From an uncultured delta proteobacterium (GTDB lineage Bacteria > Desulfobacterota > RBG-13-43-22), in NCBI GenBank assembly GCA_963790475.1, contig CAWBOS010000006.1:224001-288000 (forward strand): DNA of 64,000 nt, given 5' to 3'. The notes beneath the pieces are model-generated. The model was not told the DNA's origin. It saw nothing but the letters and a program-made list of their open reading frames with translations, and searched no databases. Shown here piece by piece: positions 46,892 to 58,028 of the stretch (the stretch's first letter is position 1; each line of letters starts with the position of its first letter). The position numbers and the translations under genes were made by a program.

Positions 46892-48265
46892 TTGTATCCT
46901 CGTTTTCAACATATTCATTTTATCGGGATCGGCGGGATCGGCATGAGCGGTATTGCCGAGGTCTTATTGAATCTTGGTTATCAGGTCAGTGGATCGGACC
47001 TGAAAGAAACCGAGATCACTCGCCGCTTACAAGCGCTGGGCGGGGGAATTGCCTATGGACATAAGGCAGAACATATACTGGGGGCCGAGGTGATAGTAAC
47101 CTCTTCGGCGGTTCGGCCTGATAATCCTGAAGTCCTGGCGGCCAGGGCGGCCCTCTTGCCGGTTATCCCCAGGGCGGAGATGCTGGCTGAGTTGATGCGC
47201 TTGAAATATGGTGTAGCGGTTGCCGGGTCCCACGGGAAAACCACTACCACTTCCATGGTCGCCAATGTCCTGGCCTACGGCGGATTGGACCCCACGGTAA
47301 TTATCGGAGGTCGGCTGGATAAATGGGGGAGTAATGCCCGGCTGGGCCAAGGGACGTTTCTGGTGGCTGAGGCCGATGAGAGCGACGGGTCTTTTCTGCA
47401 CCTGTCCCCAAGTATTGCCGTCGTCACCAATATCGATCTGGAGCATCTGGATTTTTACAAAGACATGGACCATATCCAGAATACCTTTTTGGATTTCTTA
47501 AGCAGGCTCCCCTTTTACGGGTTGGCGATCCTTTGCCTGGATGATCCCCATTTACCTTCTTTAATTCCCAAACTCAAAAAAAGGTATAGAACGTATGGCC
47601 TGACAGCCCAAGCCGATATTCAGGCCAGAGACGTCATTCAGAGCGGCTTGTCCACCCGATATCGGCTTTTCAGCGCCGGAAAGGATTGGGGGGAGATTCG
47701 GTTTAAAATACCGGGAATCCATAATGTTTATAATTCATTGGCGGCCATTGCCGTGGGCTTCGAATTAGAGGTCCCTTTTGACCGGATACAGGAAGCCTTT
47801 GACTGTTTGGAAGGGGTCCAGCGGCGGTTTCAAATCAGAGGGGAATTTCAAGGGATTACCATCCTGGATGATTACGGGCATCACCCGACGGAGATACGGG
47901 CCACCCTGAATGCCGCCCGGGGATGCTGGCCGGATCGTCGGATTGTGGTTGTTTTTCAACCTCATCGGTTCAGCCGGACCAAGGCCCTTTTTGAAGAGTT
48001 TACCACTGCTTTTTATCAGGCCGACAGTTTGTTGTTGCTGCCGATTTATGCCGCCAGTGAAGATCCGATAGAGGGGATCGATTCCATCCACCTGATGGAA
48101 GGGATCAAGGAAAAAGGACACCGGGAAGTACGATTGATTTCCAATCGTGCTGATGTGATCCCCTCTCTCAAGGAGATACTCCGGCCTGGAGATGTGCTGA
48201 TAACCTTAGGGGCCGGAGATGTCTGGAAAATAGGTCAAGACCTTGTATCGCAAACAGGGGCTTAA
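46892..48265 (+). CDS. murC: MurC ligase
   Basis: GIGGIGMSG, GSHGKTTT, EADESD, DDYGHHP. Confidence 0.97.
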   Translation: MYPRFQHIHFIGIGGIGMSGIAEVLLNLGYQVSGSDLKETEITRRLQALGGGIAYGHKAEHILGAEVIVTSSAVRPDNPEVLAARAALLPVIPRAEMLAELMRLKYGVAVAGSHGKTTTTSMVANVLAYGGLDPTVIIGGRLDKWGSNARLGQGTFLVAEADESDGSFLHLSPSIAVVTNIDLEHLDFYKDMDHIQNTFLDFLSRLPFYGLAILCLDDPHLPSLIPKLKKRYRTYGLTAQADIQARDVIQSGLSTRYRLFSAGKDWGEIRFKIPGIHNVYNSLAAIAVGFELEVPFDRIQEAFDCLEGVQRRFQIRGEFQGITILDDYGHHPTEIRATLNAARGCWPDRRIVVVFQPHRFSRTKALFEEFTTAFYQADSLLLLPIYAASEDPIEGIDSIHLMEGIKEKGHREVRLISNRADVIPSLKEILRPGDVLITLGAGDVWKIGQDLVSQTGA

Positions 48266-49181
48266 AGATCTTTTGGAGGGGATCTGCCCGGGACGGGTTA
48301 AACAAAGAGAGTCCTTAAGCCCTTACACCACCATCGGGATAGGGGGAAAGGCGGATTGGTTTATACAACCAAATAACATTTCGGAAATGAGACAATTATT
48401 GAAAATGGTAAAGACTGAGAATATCCCCTGGTTTGTTCTGGGGCGGGGCAGTAATCTGCTGGTATCCGATCAGGGAATTCGGGGATTGGTCTGCCATTTA
48501 TCATCTCCCAGACCGCCGATAACCCTTAAGCGATTTAAAAACGCCCAAATCCTGCTGGAGGTGGAAGCCGGATTTACCCTTTCCCGGCTGGTTCGTTTCG
48601 CGATCAATAACCGGTTAAGCGACCTTGAATTCCTGGCCGGCATCCCGGGATCGATCGGGGGGGCCTGGGCTATGAATGCCGGCAGCTATGGAAAAGAAAT
48701 AAAGGAGATAACGGCCTACTTAAAAACGGTTTCCTCCGATGGACGCGTGATTCGGAAGGGGAAAAAACAACTGGTCTTCGGCTATCGAACACTTAAATTG
48801 GAACCGGGAGAAGTCATCGTTTCCGGGGGTATTAAATTGTCTCCCGGGGTTGCTGAGAATATTCAAAAAGAAACCCGGAGACTTTGGTCTCAAAGGAGGG
48901 CCGTCCAACCCCTAACCCGACCGAGCTGTGGTTCAGTATTTAAAAATCCCCCGGGGGACTTTGCCGGACGGCTGATAGAAGAAACCGGATTGAAAGGGGT
49001 CCAAAGGGGCGGGGCGCAGATTTCCACCCGGCATGCCAATTTTATTATTAACCAGGGGCAGGCCCGGGCGAAGGATGTTTTGTATCTGATGAACCTGATG
49101 CGGGCCCGGGTCAGGCAACAGTTCGGGATCCTCCTCGAACCCGAGGTTCGATTGTGGGGCTGTAGTCTAAAAGAAATATAG
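48243..49181 (+). CDS. murB: UDP-N-acetylenolpyruvylglucosamine reductase
   Basis: GRGSNLL, GIPGSIGG, MNAG, GSVFKNP, HANF. Confidence 0.96.
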   Translation: MYRKQGLKDLLEGICPGRVKQRESLSPYTTIGIGGKADWFIQPNNISEMRQLLKMVKTENIPWFVLGRGSNLLVSDQGIRGLVCHLSSPRPPITLKRFKNAQILLEVEAGFTLSRLVRFAINNRLSDLEFLAGIPGSIGGAWAMNAGSYGKEIKEITAYLKTVSSDGRVIRKGKKQLVFGYRTLKLEPGEVIVSGGIKLSPGVAENIQKETRRLWSQRRAVQPLTRPSCGSVFKNPPGDFAGRLIEETGLKGVQRGGAQISTRHANFIINQGQARAKDVLYLMNLMRARVRQQFGILLEPEVRLWGCSLKEI

Positions 49182-49237
49182 CTGATAGCTCACCGCTCAT
49201 AGCTGAAAGGGAAGAATAATATTTTGCCTATGAGCTA
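49179..49237. repeat. Heptamer tract starting at the murB stop codon with short inverted partner
   Basis: tagctga/tagctca/ccgctca/tagctga then ctatgagcta; same family as 4213-4244. Confidence 0.7.
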
Positions 49238-49251
49238 CAGGAGAGGTTGTC

Positions 49252-50112
49252 ATGTACTTAGGAAAAACCAGGCTGGGAAATTTGGAACGTAATTATTACC
49301 GGGGTTCGGTGGAATACGCCGGGTTATCCTGGATGGAAAAGTTGATGCACCATTTCTGGATCGGGTCTTTGATTATGATGATTATTGTCGGGGTAAGCGT
49401 CGTCCTGCTGATTGGATACCTGGTCGCTTTGTCCACCCCGATATTTAAACTGGAAGATGTCAGTTTCAAGGGGATAAAACGGGTTTCTCAGGCGCAATTG
49501 CTTCAAAAAGGCGGGCTGGACAACGGAGTCAATCTTCTGGCTTTGAATTTGAGCGAAGTTAAAAAAAATATGGAAGCCACCCCTTGGGTTAAGAACGTTT
49601 TTCTTCATCGGGAACTTCCCAATAAACTCCAGGTGGTGGTTACCGAACAGCAGCCGATCTTCCTGGTCCTGGTCCAGCAGGATCTGTATTATTTAAATGA
49701 TGAGGGTCTCCTTTTTCAAAAATCCGAAAACAAAGATGGGGCCTCGATTCCACTTTTGACCGGTCTGGAGAAAAAGGATTGGACGCCGACAGGTCAACTT
49801 AAGCCCTCTATTCTTCAAGAACTGCTGTCTCTTGAGAGGGTTTTAAGCCAAGGGAGGGATCCGTTTTATCCTAATAAACTTTCGGAAATTCATTACGATC
49901 CCGATTGTGGTTTTTCATTATTTACCATAGAGAGAGGAATCCGGATCACCCTTGGGAAAGAAGAAATTCCGGAGCGGATCAAGCGTCTGGAGAGGGTTTG
50001 GGCCGAACTGGAAAGACGGCCCAACCAGACCCTGTTGAAAGGGATTTCCCTTCAATACGGCCAGCGGATTATCGTTCATGGCCTTAGATCCAAATCCGCG
50101 AAGGGGGCTTAG
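49252..50112 (+). CDS. ftsQ: Cell division protein FtsQ/DivIB
   Basis: TM, POTRA (PWVK...RELPNKL); position. Confidence 0.9.
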   Translation: MYLGKTRLGNLERNYYRGSVEYAGLSWMEKLMHHFWIGSLIMMIIVGVSVVLLIGYLVALSTPIFKLEDVSFKGIKRVSQAQLLQKGGLDNGVNLLALNLSEVKKNMEATPWVKNVFLHRELPNKLQVVVTEQQPIFLVLVQQDLYYLNDEGLLFQKSENKDGASIPLLTGLEKKDWTPTGQLKPSILQELLSLERVLSQGRDPFYPNKLSEIHYDPDCGFSLFTIERGIRITLGKEEIPERIKRLERVWAELERRPNQTLLKGISLQYGQRIIVHGLRSKSAKGA

Positions 50113-50121
50113 CATTAAAAT

Positions 50122-50306
50122 AAGCTCAAAGTTCAAAGTTCAAGGTTCAAGGTTCAAAGTTAAAAGTTCGAAAAAAAACCATTTTCATGTTTCAAGGCGC
50201 CCCATCGGGCAGGAAGGCTTAGGAGGAAAATACCCTGAGGCGTAAGGCGTGAGGCGAATCCGAATTTCATGCTCCGGCCTCAAACCTTAAACCTTATACC
50301 GAACCT
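50122..50306. repeat. Heptamer mosaic between ftsQ and ftsA
   Basis: (aag/agg)ttca x7, tgaggcg/taaggcg/tgaggcg, then complementary cctcaaa/ccttaaa/ccttata. Confidence 0.85.
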
Positions 50307-50328
50307 AAAGAAAGGGGGTGCGTCCTGA

Positions 50329-51555
50329 TTGGAAGATAATCTGATTGTGGGATTGGATATTGGAACCACCAAGATATGCGCGGTAGTCGGGGAAATATCT
50401 TCTGGAGGTATTGATATCGTGGGGATTGGTACCCATCCCTCGGTAGGCTTGCGTAAAGGGGTGGTGGTCAATATTGAAAGTACGGTGAACTCCATCAAGA
50501 AGGCCGTGGAGGAGGCAGAACTTATGGCCGGCTGTGAAATACGGTCGGTCTATGCCGGTATTGCCGGGGGACATATCAAGGCCTTCAACAGCCATGGGGT
50601 TATTGCCGTAAAAACCCGGGAAGTCACCAGAAATGATATTGAAAGGGTCATTGATGCGGCCAAGGCCATCGCCATTCCCTTGGATCGAGAAGTGATTCAT
50701 GTGCTTCCTCAGGAGTTTATCGTTGACGATCAGGATGGAATCCAGGACCCCTTGGGCATTTCCGGTGTTCGATTGGAAGTCAAAGTCCATATTATAACCG
50801 GGGCGGTCACCTCGGCCCAGAATATCATTCGCTGCGCTAATAAGGCCGGACTCGATGTCTCGGATATTGTGTTGGAATCGATCGCTTCCAGCGAAACAGT
50901 GCTCTCTCCCGAAGAAAAAGAACTCGGGGTGGGCTTGCTGGATTTTGGGGGAGGTACTACCGACCTGGCTATTTTTTCCAATAATTGCATCAAACATACT
51001 TCGATCCTGGCCCTGGGAGGAAATAATTTAACCAATGATATCGCCATCGGTCTCAGGACCCCTCATCAGGCGGCCGAACGGATCAAAAAAATTCACGGCT
51101 GTTGTTTGACGTCCCTGATCAATAAAGAAGAAACTATCGAGGTCCCGAGTGTCGGGGGGAGAAAACCACGGCCCCTTTCCCGACAAATCTTAGGGGAAAT
51201 CCTGGAGCCGAGGGTGGAAGAAATTTTTTCCCTGGTCAATCGGGAAATCCTGAAATCGGGCTTTGGAGACACCATCGCCTCCGGTATGGTGATCACCGGG
51301 GGGGGCGCTTTATTGGAAGGGATTCCGGAATTGGCGGAACAGATTTTTAATCTCCCGAGCCGGCGAGGCTATCCCCAGGGCTTTGGAGGAATCATGGATG
51401 TGGTCAACAGCCCCATGTATGCCACGGCCGTGGGATTGGTCCTTTACGGTGCCAAGGCCATGCCTAAGAAGAAATTCCGGATCCGCGATCAACATATTTT
51501 TTACCGGGTGATGGAAAGAATGAAAAAATGGTTTAAGGAAATCAAGATTATTTAG
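50329..51555 (+). CDS. ftsA: Cell division protein FtsA
   Basis: GLDIGTTK, DFGGGTTD, TGGG. Confidence 0.97.
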   Translation: MEDNLIVGLDIGTTKICAVVGEISSGGIDIVGIGTHPSVGLRKGVVVNIESTVNSIKKAVEEAELMAGCEIRSVYAGIAGGHIKAFNSHGVIAVKTREVTRNDIERVIDAAKAIAIPLDREVIHVLPQEFIVDDQDGIQDPLGISGVRLEVKVHIITGAVTSAQNIIRCANKAGLDVSDIVLESIASSETVLSPEEKELGVGLLDFGGGTTDLAIFSNNCIKHTSILALGGNNLTNDIAIGLRTPHQAAERIKKIHGCCLTSLINKEETIEVPSVGGRKPRPLSRQILGEILEPRVEEIFSLVNREILKSGFGDTIASGMVITGGGALLEGIPELAEQIFNLPSRRGYPQGFGGIMDVVNSPMYATAVGLVLYGAKAMPKKKFRIRDQHIFYRVMERMKKWFKEIKII

Positions 51556-51589
51556 CAACCGCAGAAAGATCCTATTCAAGGGGAGGTAG

Positions 51590-52780
51590 ATGATGATGAA
51601 TATTGAAATGATCGGAGTGGAAGAAGATGTCCAAAAAGGGGCAAAAATCCGAGTGGTCGGGATTGGAGGAGGGGGGAATAATGCCATCAATAATATGATC
51701 CGGTCCCAACTCCTGTCGGGAGTTGAATTTATCGCCACCAATACGGATCTTAAAGCCCTTTCTTCTTCTTTGGCTGATACCCGCATTCAGATTGGGACCA
51801 GCCTGACCAAAGGCCTGGGGGCGGGGGCCAATCCTGAAATCGGCCGGAATGCCACCTTAGAAGATGCCGAGAAGATCCGCCAGGAACTGGAAGGCAGTGA
51901 CATGGTTTTTATCACGGCCGGGATGGGAGGAGGAACCGGAACAGGCGGTGCTCCGATCGTGGCCCAGATCTGCAAGGAGTTGGATATCCTGACCGTGGCC
52001 GTGGTTACCAAACCCTTTCATTTTGAAGGACCGATCCGGTTGAAACAGGCCAATGAAGGAATCGTGGAAATGAGGAAGGTCGTAGACAGTCTGATCACTA
52101 TTCCCAATGATCGGCTGATTTCTTTGGCCACCAAGAAGGCCAGCTTTTTGGAAATGCTCAAAAAAGCGGACGATGTTTTACTCTATGCCGTTAAGGGGAT
52201 TTCCGATTTAATTGTGGCCCCCGGCTTGATTGTCCTTGATTTCGCCGATGTTAAGACGATCATGGCCGAAATGGGGGTAGCCCTCATGGGAACCGGAATA
52301 GCCAGCGGGGAGAATCGGGCCCTGGAGGCGGCTCAACGGGCCATTTCCAGTCCCTTATTAGAGGATATCTCCATTGCCGGTGCCCGGGCTTTGCTGCTGA
52401 ATATCACCGCCAGCTCAAACCTTGGGTTCGAGGAAGTCATCGAGGCTTCTACCTTGATCCAAAAAGAAGTTCATGAAGAAGCCAATATTATTTGGGGTAC
52501 GGCCATAGATGAGAGTATGGGGGACGAACTCCGGGTAACGGTGGTGGCCACCGGAATCAATCCCAAAGAGGAAAGAGTGGTACTCGATTTCGACCGGATG
52601 CGGTCCGGGATGTCGGAGGTAAAACCGGATCGACCGGAAGACCGGGAAACCCCGACCTTTGTCCGCAAGGGGAAAGAGATCGACAAATACGGGCCCAGAC
52701 GGCCGGCCAAGGCTCCGGAGTATTACTTTGATGAGGAAGAACTGGAAGTCCCGACTTTCATCCGCAAGGGGGCGGATTGA
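51590..52780 (+). CDS. ftsZ: Cell division protein FtsZ
   Basis: GGGTGTG, LDFAD, C-terminal EVPTFIRK. Confidence 0.98.
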   Translation: MMMNIEMIGVEEDVQKGAKIRVVGIGGGGNNAINNMIRSQLLSGVEFIATNTDLKALSSSLADTRIQIGTSLTKGLGAGANPEIGRNATLEDAEKIRQELEGSDMVFITAGMGGGTGTGGAPIVAQICKELDILTVAVVTKPFHFEGPIRLKQANEGIVEMRKVVDSLITIPNDRLISLATKKASFLEMLKKADDVLLYAVKGISDLIVAPGLIVLDFADVKTIMAEMGVALMGTGIASGENRALEAAQRAISSPLLEDISIAGARALLLNITASSNLGFEEVIEASTLIQKEVHEEANIIWGTAIDESMGDELRVTVVATGINPKEERVVLDFDRMRSGMSEVKPDRPEDRETPTFVRKGKEIDKYGPRRPAKAPEYYFDEEELEVPTFIRKGAD

Positions 52781-52925
52781 AATGGGGTCCGGGAATAATC
52801 CCTATCAAGCCCCTGCAGACCACCGCCTTTATTTAGAAGGTGGAATGGAATTTTATGGCAGAGCCCCCGACCGGTTCAAAGGCACAGCGGAGTAAGGGCA
52901 GTATCAGCGAATTGGAATCCGTCTA

Positions 52926-55067
52926 ATGTTTAAAGATCAAACTGGAATCAAGACAAAAATGGGCATATCCATTCCGACCGACGATTTTTTGAAAGAGGAA
53001 GAAACCGAGAGACATGATTTGTCCTATGGGAATTTGTTTGAATTGGTTCGCCTATTGACCGTAGGAGAACTGGAAAAGGGTTTTGACAATGTCAAACGGA
53101 TCCCCCCCAAAAAACTAATCGATCTTCTCAATTTTTTGAATTTTTCCGAGAAGGAATTGTTGGTCGTCTTTCAACATCCCCAATACGATGAGATCGTAAC
53201 CCGGGCGATCCGACCCCAGCCCTATCAGGAGGGGGTTATTTCCGGCCTTTGGGCCGCCCCGGAGGACTGTGGTGATTCCTTAAGGGATTTCGAGGTACTT
53301 TGTTTTCTGATTGAGACCAAAAGAGAAATTCTTTTAGCCCGGACCCGGCGGGTTGACATAGATGAGCAAGGGATTGAATTGACCTTGCCGGAATTCGGTT
53401 TTGAAATTACCTTACGAAAAACCGATCGATACCCCTGTCAACATATCCAAGCGGAAATAATCCAAGGCGGGATTTTATTCCCGGGGCGCCTGGACGTCTT
53501 CAGCGTCAACTCTTTCCGGGTGGAAATCTTTTCCCGGGAAGGGATCTCATTAAAATGGATCAATTCCGAGTGCCCGGTTCAAATCATTTTTAAAGATCAG
53601 GAGAAAATTTGTTATTCCCGGGAATGTAATATAGTCAAGCAGAAGGAAAACCTTAATACGAAAACCCTGATTCTGGAACCCAACCGTGAATCTATTCGTC
53701 GATTCGAACACCGGGAATTTCGCTCCCCAAGACCAACCCTGAATCCCGCTCCAGGGGTCTATTTTCTTCATCCGCTCATTAAAAAATTATTCAAATTAAA
53801 TATTTGCGACTTATCGACCTCCGGCTTCTCCGTGGAAGAAGAAGGGGAATCCTCGGCGCTTCTGCCGGGAATGATCATTCCCGATCTACAAATCGAACTG
53901 GCCAACACCGCCACTTTATCCTGCAAGGCCCAGGTCATTTACCAGAAAAAAATGGAAGACCCGGTTGTCAGATCCGGCTTCACCATTTTAAATATGTCCA
54001 ACGAGGACTATATTAAATTAACCAATATGGTCAATAAATCCATGAATATCAACCTGGATATTTGCGGATCCATTGAACAGGAATCTTTGTGGCAATTTTT
54101 TTTCGAGGCCGGATTTATCTATCCGCAAAAATATCATTATATCCAACAAAATAAAGAAGAATTCAAAAACATATATAAGAAGCTCTACCAAAATCCGACT
54201 GAAATAGAAAGGCACGTTACTTACCAGGAGAGGGGAACGCTTCTGGGCCATATCTCCATGCTCCATGTTTACAGCGCCACCTGGATGCTTCACCACTTTG
54301 CGGCCACCCCCAGTTCCAGACACAAAAAGGTGGCCTTGACCCTGTTGCAACAGATCGAACAGTATATCATTGATTCTCATCACCTTGAATCCTCACGGAT
54401 GGATAACATCATCTGTTATTTCCGTCCGGAAAATAAGTTTCCCAATCTGGTTTTCGGCGGAGCGGCCAGAGCGTTAAAAGACCCGAAAATTTGTTCTCTG
54501 GACCGGTTCGCCTATATTTCCTATCCCATGATTCTGGACCCTCAACAAGGGAGACTTCTCGAACCCTGGATGATGGCCCCGTCTGTACCGAACGATTTGA
54601 AGGAACTGGGCCATTTTTATAACCATACCTCCGGAGGGCAGATGATCGAGGCCCTTGATCTGCAACCGGATACCCTAAGGGACGATCTATTAACCTCCAC
54701 CTATCATCGCCTGGGTTTTAAACGGGAACGCCGTCTTTTTTCCATCAAGAAAAAAGACAAGGTCAAGGCCGTTATTAGCCTGATCAAAACCGATATAGGC
54801 TTGAATTTATCGGAATTGACCAATTGTGTAACCCTGTTCGTTTTGGATCCGGAAAACCTTCCCTTTGAGGTGTTTTTAAAGTCCTTTTCCCAGTTGAGGG
54901 CCTATGATGATCGGCAAATGATCCCAGTTTTAATTTATCCCACGCGATATGCTCAACGGCATTCCATGGCCTGTGACCGTTTTTATGACCTCTGGGTATT
55001 TGGAGTAGAAAACAGCGACCATTATTTTAAATACGTTAATAAAATCTTTTCCCGTCTTCTTTCCTGA
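52926..55067 (+). CDS. PilZ-domain-containing protein
   Basis: RKTDR and RSPR motifs, DLSTSG; C-terminal domain not assigned. Confidence 0.65.
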   Translation: MFKDQTGIKTKMGISIPTDDFLKEEETERHDLSYGNLFELVRLLTVGELEKGFDNVKRIPPKKLIDLLNFLNFSEKELLVVFQHPQYDEIVTRAIRPQPYQEGVISGLWAAPEDCGDSLRDFEVLCFLIETKREILLARTRRVDIDEQGIELTLPEFGFEITLRKTDRYPCQHIQAEIIQGGILFPGRLDVFSVNSFRVEIFSREGISLKWINSECPVQIIFKDQEKICYSRECNIVKQKENLNTKTLILEPNRESIRRFEHREFRSPRPTLNPAPGVYFLHPLIKKLFKLNICDLSTSGFSVEEEGESSALLPGMIIPDLQIELANTATLSCKAQVIYQKKMEDPVVRSGFTILNMSNEDYIKLTNMVNKSMNINLDICGSIEQESLWQFFFEAGFIYPQKYHYIQQNKEEFKNIYKKLYQNPTEIERHVTYQERGTLLGHISMLHVYSATWMLHHFAATPSSRHKKVALTLLQQIEQYIIDSHHLESSRMDNIICYFRPENKFPNLVFGGAARALKDPKICSLDRFAYISYPMILDPQQGRLLEPWMMAPSVPNDLKELGHFYNHTSGGQMIEALDLQPDTLRDDLLTSTYHRLGFKRERRLFSIKKKDKVKAVISLIKTDIGLNLSELTNCVTLFVLDPENLPFEVFLKSFSQLRAYDDRQMIPVLIYPTRYAQRHSMACDRFYDLWVFGVENSDHYFKYVNKIFSRLLS

Positions 55068-55190
55068 AGACTTTCGAATCCCTCCCCCTTTTTTTCATTA
55101 ATCGTGAACCTGATTTTTTTGTTGATTTTTCTTTGAACCTGTCGTAATACCGTCTCAATATTATCGGAAAAGCGGAGTAATGTTCAGGCC

Positions 55191-55221
55191 AAGGCCATCC
55201 CTACTCGGGGTGGCCTTTTTT
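55191..55221 (+). terminator. Terminator-like hairpin directly before an RBS
   Basis: aaggccatcc-ctactc-ggggtggcctttttt. Confidence 0.6.
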
Positions 55222-55240
55222 ATTTTTAAGGAGGGAGTGA

Positions 55241-55830
55241 ATGGAAAAAATGAAAATCGGTGTAGGGCTAATAATCTTTTTGATGGTTTGGACGGTCTTT
55301 CAAACGGCTTATGCGGAACCCCGGGAAATCCGGATTGGGGCCACGGTTTCGGCCACCGGAAAGTTTGCCACAGAGGTCGGACCTTTCAAAAAATTATTGG
55401 AGGCCTGGGCCGGGAAAATAAATGAGCAGGGGGCCTTTATCTGAAGAAAAGCAATGCCCGGGTACCGGTTAGGATGGTGGTCTATGATGATCAAAGCGAT
55501 GAGGCCACGGCCCGGAGGTTTTATCAGCGTTTGATCACCGAAGATAAGGTGCATTTACTCTTAGGACCTTACAGTTCCCTGACCTTTGCCGTCAGTTCGG
55601 TGTCTGAAAATCAAAGGATTCCTATGTTGGCGGTCTGTGCCAATTCCCTAAAATTTATCAGCGCGGCTATCGGTATTTGAGCGGTTTGCTTGATGAGGCC
55701 CCTCGTTATACCTATCGTTACTGGGAGATGCTTCAGGCTGAGAAAAAGGCTGGCACTGTTTCTTTTATCATCGAGGAAACTCTTCATCCTTTAAGTGTCT
55801 ATGAAGGGGCGAGGGTTATGGGAGGCAATT
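55241..55830 (+). pseudogene. Branched-chain amino acid ABC substrate-binding protein, fragmented
   Basis: Signal peptide, IRIGATVSATGKF, VVYDDQSD, LLLGPYSS spread over three frames; truncated before fusA. Confidence 0.8.
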
Positions 55831-55881
55831 TCCCTTATCGCCTTGGATCTGCAGCCAGGGGATCTGTACGACAATCGAGGA

Positions 55882-57930
55882 TTATTTTTGAGGTGAGGCG
55901 ACTTTGCTGTAGTGGGAAAATTGCATGGTGAAGGTGGCCCGCCCCTGGCTGGCGGAACGAAGGACCGTGGAATAGCCGAACAATTGGGACAAAGGGGCGG
56001 TGGCTTGAACTTGCTGGATTTTATTCCGGGGAAAGATATTTTCAATTTTCCCTTTCCGGGCGTTGATATCTCCGATGATTTCGCCCAGAAATTCGTCGGG
56101 TACAATAATTTCCAATTTCATGACCGGCTCAAGAAGCACCGGCTTCGCCTTTAGGCAACCGCTTCGGAAGGCCATGGAAGTCGCCACCCGAAAGGCCATT
56201 TCAGAGGATTGGCTTTCGGTCGTTTGAGCGGATTCGAGAATGACTTTAATGTCGGTGGCCGGATAACCGGACAGGACCCCAGAGGTGAAGGCCTCATGAA
56301 TAGAAGATTGAATAGCCTCAATCAGGGGCTGGGGTAAGGTATCTCCGGGAATCATATGCAGAAACATATTCCCTTCCCCCCGTCCGTTGGGGATTAAGCG
56401 CAATCGGACCTTGGCCTGGTGACGAGTACCCCCCAACTCACGATCAAAAATTTCTTCAACCTCCACCTCTTCTTCTATGGTTTCCCGATAGACCACCTGA
56501 GGTTTGCCGATATTGACCAACAAATTATACTCTCGTTCCATCCGATGCAATAAGACCTCAAGATGAAGTTCCCCCATTCCGGAAATGACCGTTTGCCCTG
56601 AATCCTCATCATATTTGAAATGAAAAGTGGGGTCCTCCTGGGAAATTTTATCTAGAACCTGGACAATTTTATCTTGCTGGCCGACTGTTTTCGGCTCAAT
56701 GGCCAGGGAGATGACCGGTTCATAGACCTGGATGGCCTCCAGGATAATCGGATGATCGAGGTCGGTCAGACTGTCGCCCGTTGTGGTATCTTTAAGCCCC
56801 ATCAGGCCGACAATATCTCCGGCCCGGGCTTGTTCAATCCGTTCCCTTTTATTGGCATGGATACGCAGCATCCGGGCAACACGTTCCCGGATATTTTTGG
56901 TTGGATTCAAAATCTCCTGCCCGACATTCAGGGTTCCCGAATAGAGGCGCAGATAGGTCAATTTTCTCCCCTGATCCATTATTATCTTAAAGGCCAGACC
57001 GGCAAAAGGGGCCTCATCTTTGGCCGGACGAATTTCGATCTTATTGCAGAGAGGATTCAGGCCGCTGACTGGGGGGATGTCCATGGGATTGGGAAGAAAA
57101 TGAATAATGCCGTCCAATAAGGGCTGAACCCCTTTGTTGCGCAAGGCCGCCCCGCAGTAGATGGGGACGATCTTCAAGTCAATGGTGCCTCGGCGAATGA
57201 CCGCTAAGAGATCGGCTAAGGGAATTTCCTGCCCACCCAAATACAAATCCATGAGGTGATCGTCCAGATCGGCCAGGGTCTCCAATAATTGTTCCCGATA
57301 AAATTCCGCTTCATCCCGCAGACTATCCGGTATATCGACTAAATCGTATCCCATGCCCAATGTTTCTTCCCGCCAGTGGATCCCTTGCATATTCAATAAA
57401 TCAATAGTCCCTTGAAAGCCGTCTTCCCGCCCCCAGGGCAAGTGGAGAATAAGGGGACGGGCTCCTAGTTTCTCTTTGATCTGCTCAATGGTGTTGTTGA
57501 AGTCCGCACCGATGCGGTCCATTTTATTGATAAAGGCGATCTTGGGTACATGGTAACGGTCGGCCTGATGCCAGACGGTCTCCGACTGAGGTTCCACCCC
57601 GCCGACGGCACAGAATACAGCGACAACCCCGTCCAGGACACGCAAAGAACGCTCCACTTCGATGGTAAAATCGACATGGCCGGGAGTGTCTATGAGGTTG
57701 ATGGTGTGTTGAAGCCACTGGCAGGTGGTTACGGCTGAAGTGATGGTGATGCCTCGTTCCTGCTCTTCAGGCATCCAGTCCATGACCGCCTCCCCGTCAT
57801 GAACCTCTCCCATTTTGTGAGACCGGCCGGTGTAATAAAGGATCCGCTCGGTCAAAGTGGTTTTTCCGGCATCAATATGGGCCATGATGCCCATGTTTCT
57901 GGTTTTACGAAGTCGTGATTCCCCGGCCAT
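55882..57930 (-). CDS. fusA: Elongation factor G (stand-alone copy)
   Basis: [31 protein letters not shown]. Confidence 0.95.
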   Translation of the reverse strand: MAGESRLRKTRNMGIMAHIDAGKTTLTERILYYTGRSHKMGEVHDGEAVMDWMPEEQERGITITSAVTTCQWLQHTINLIDTPGHVDFTIEVERSLRVLDGVVAVFCAVGGVEPQSETVWHQADRYHVPKIAFINKMDRIGADFNNTIEQIKEKLGARPLILHLPWGREDGFQGTIDLLNMQGIHWREETLGMGYDLVDIPDSLRDEAEFYREQLLETLADLDDHLMDLYLGGQEIPLADLLAVIRRGTIDLKIVPIYCGAALRNKGVQPLLDGIIHFLPNPMDIPPVSGLNPLCNKIEIRPAKDEAPFAGLAFKIIMDQGRKLTYLRLYSGTLNVGQEILNPTKNIRERVARMLRIHANKRERIEQARAGDIVGLMGLKDTTTGDSLTDLDHPIILEAIQVYEPVISLAIEPKTVGQQDKIVQVLDKISQEDPTFHFKYDEDSGQTVISGMGELHLEVLLHRMEREYNLLVNIGKPQVVYRETIEEEVEVEEIFDRELGGTRHQAKVRLRLIPNGRGEGNMFLHMIPGDTLPQPLIEAIQSSIHEAFTSGVLSGYPATDIKVILESAQTTESQSSEMAFRVATSMAFRSGCLKAKPVLLEPVMKLEIIVPDEFLGEIIGDINARKGKIENIFPRNKIQQVQATAPLSQLFGYSTVLRSASQGRATFTMQFSHYSKVASPQK

Positions 57931-58028
57931 TTTTTTTCTTTTCCTTTAAAAGTGGTAGGATATTAGGCTATTTTCAGTGACTTCGTCAAGAGGGGAAAAG
58001 AAAACTCTGCTGTTCCAGCCTTAAGTTT

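Noticed and set aside
49181-49252. Absence of ddl between murB and ftsQ as a novelty
   Set aside because: ddl lies outside the dcw cluster in other deltaproteobacteria too; not informative alone.
3426-50997. Long antisense ORFs (3426..4220, 13764..14294, 30805..31401, 43689..44252, 50305..50997)
   Set aside because: Shadow frames opposite well-supported genes.
55882-57930. fusA outside the str operon
   Set aside because: Second EF-G copies are common in this group.
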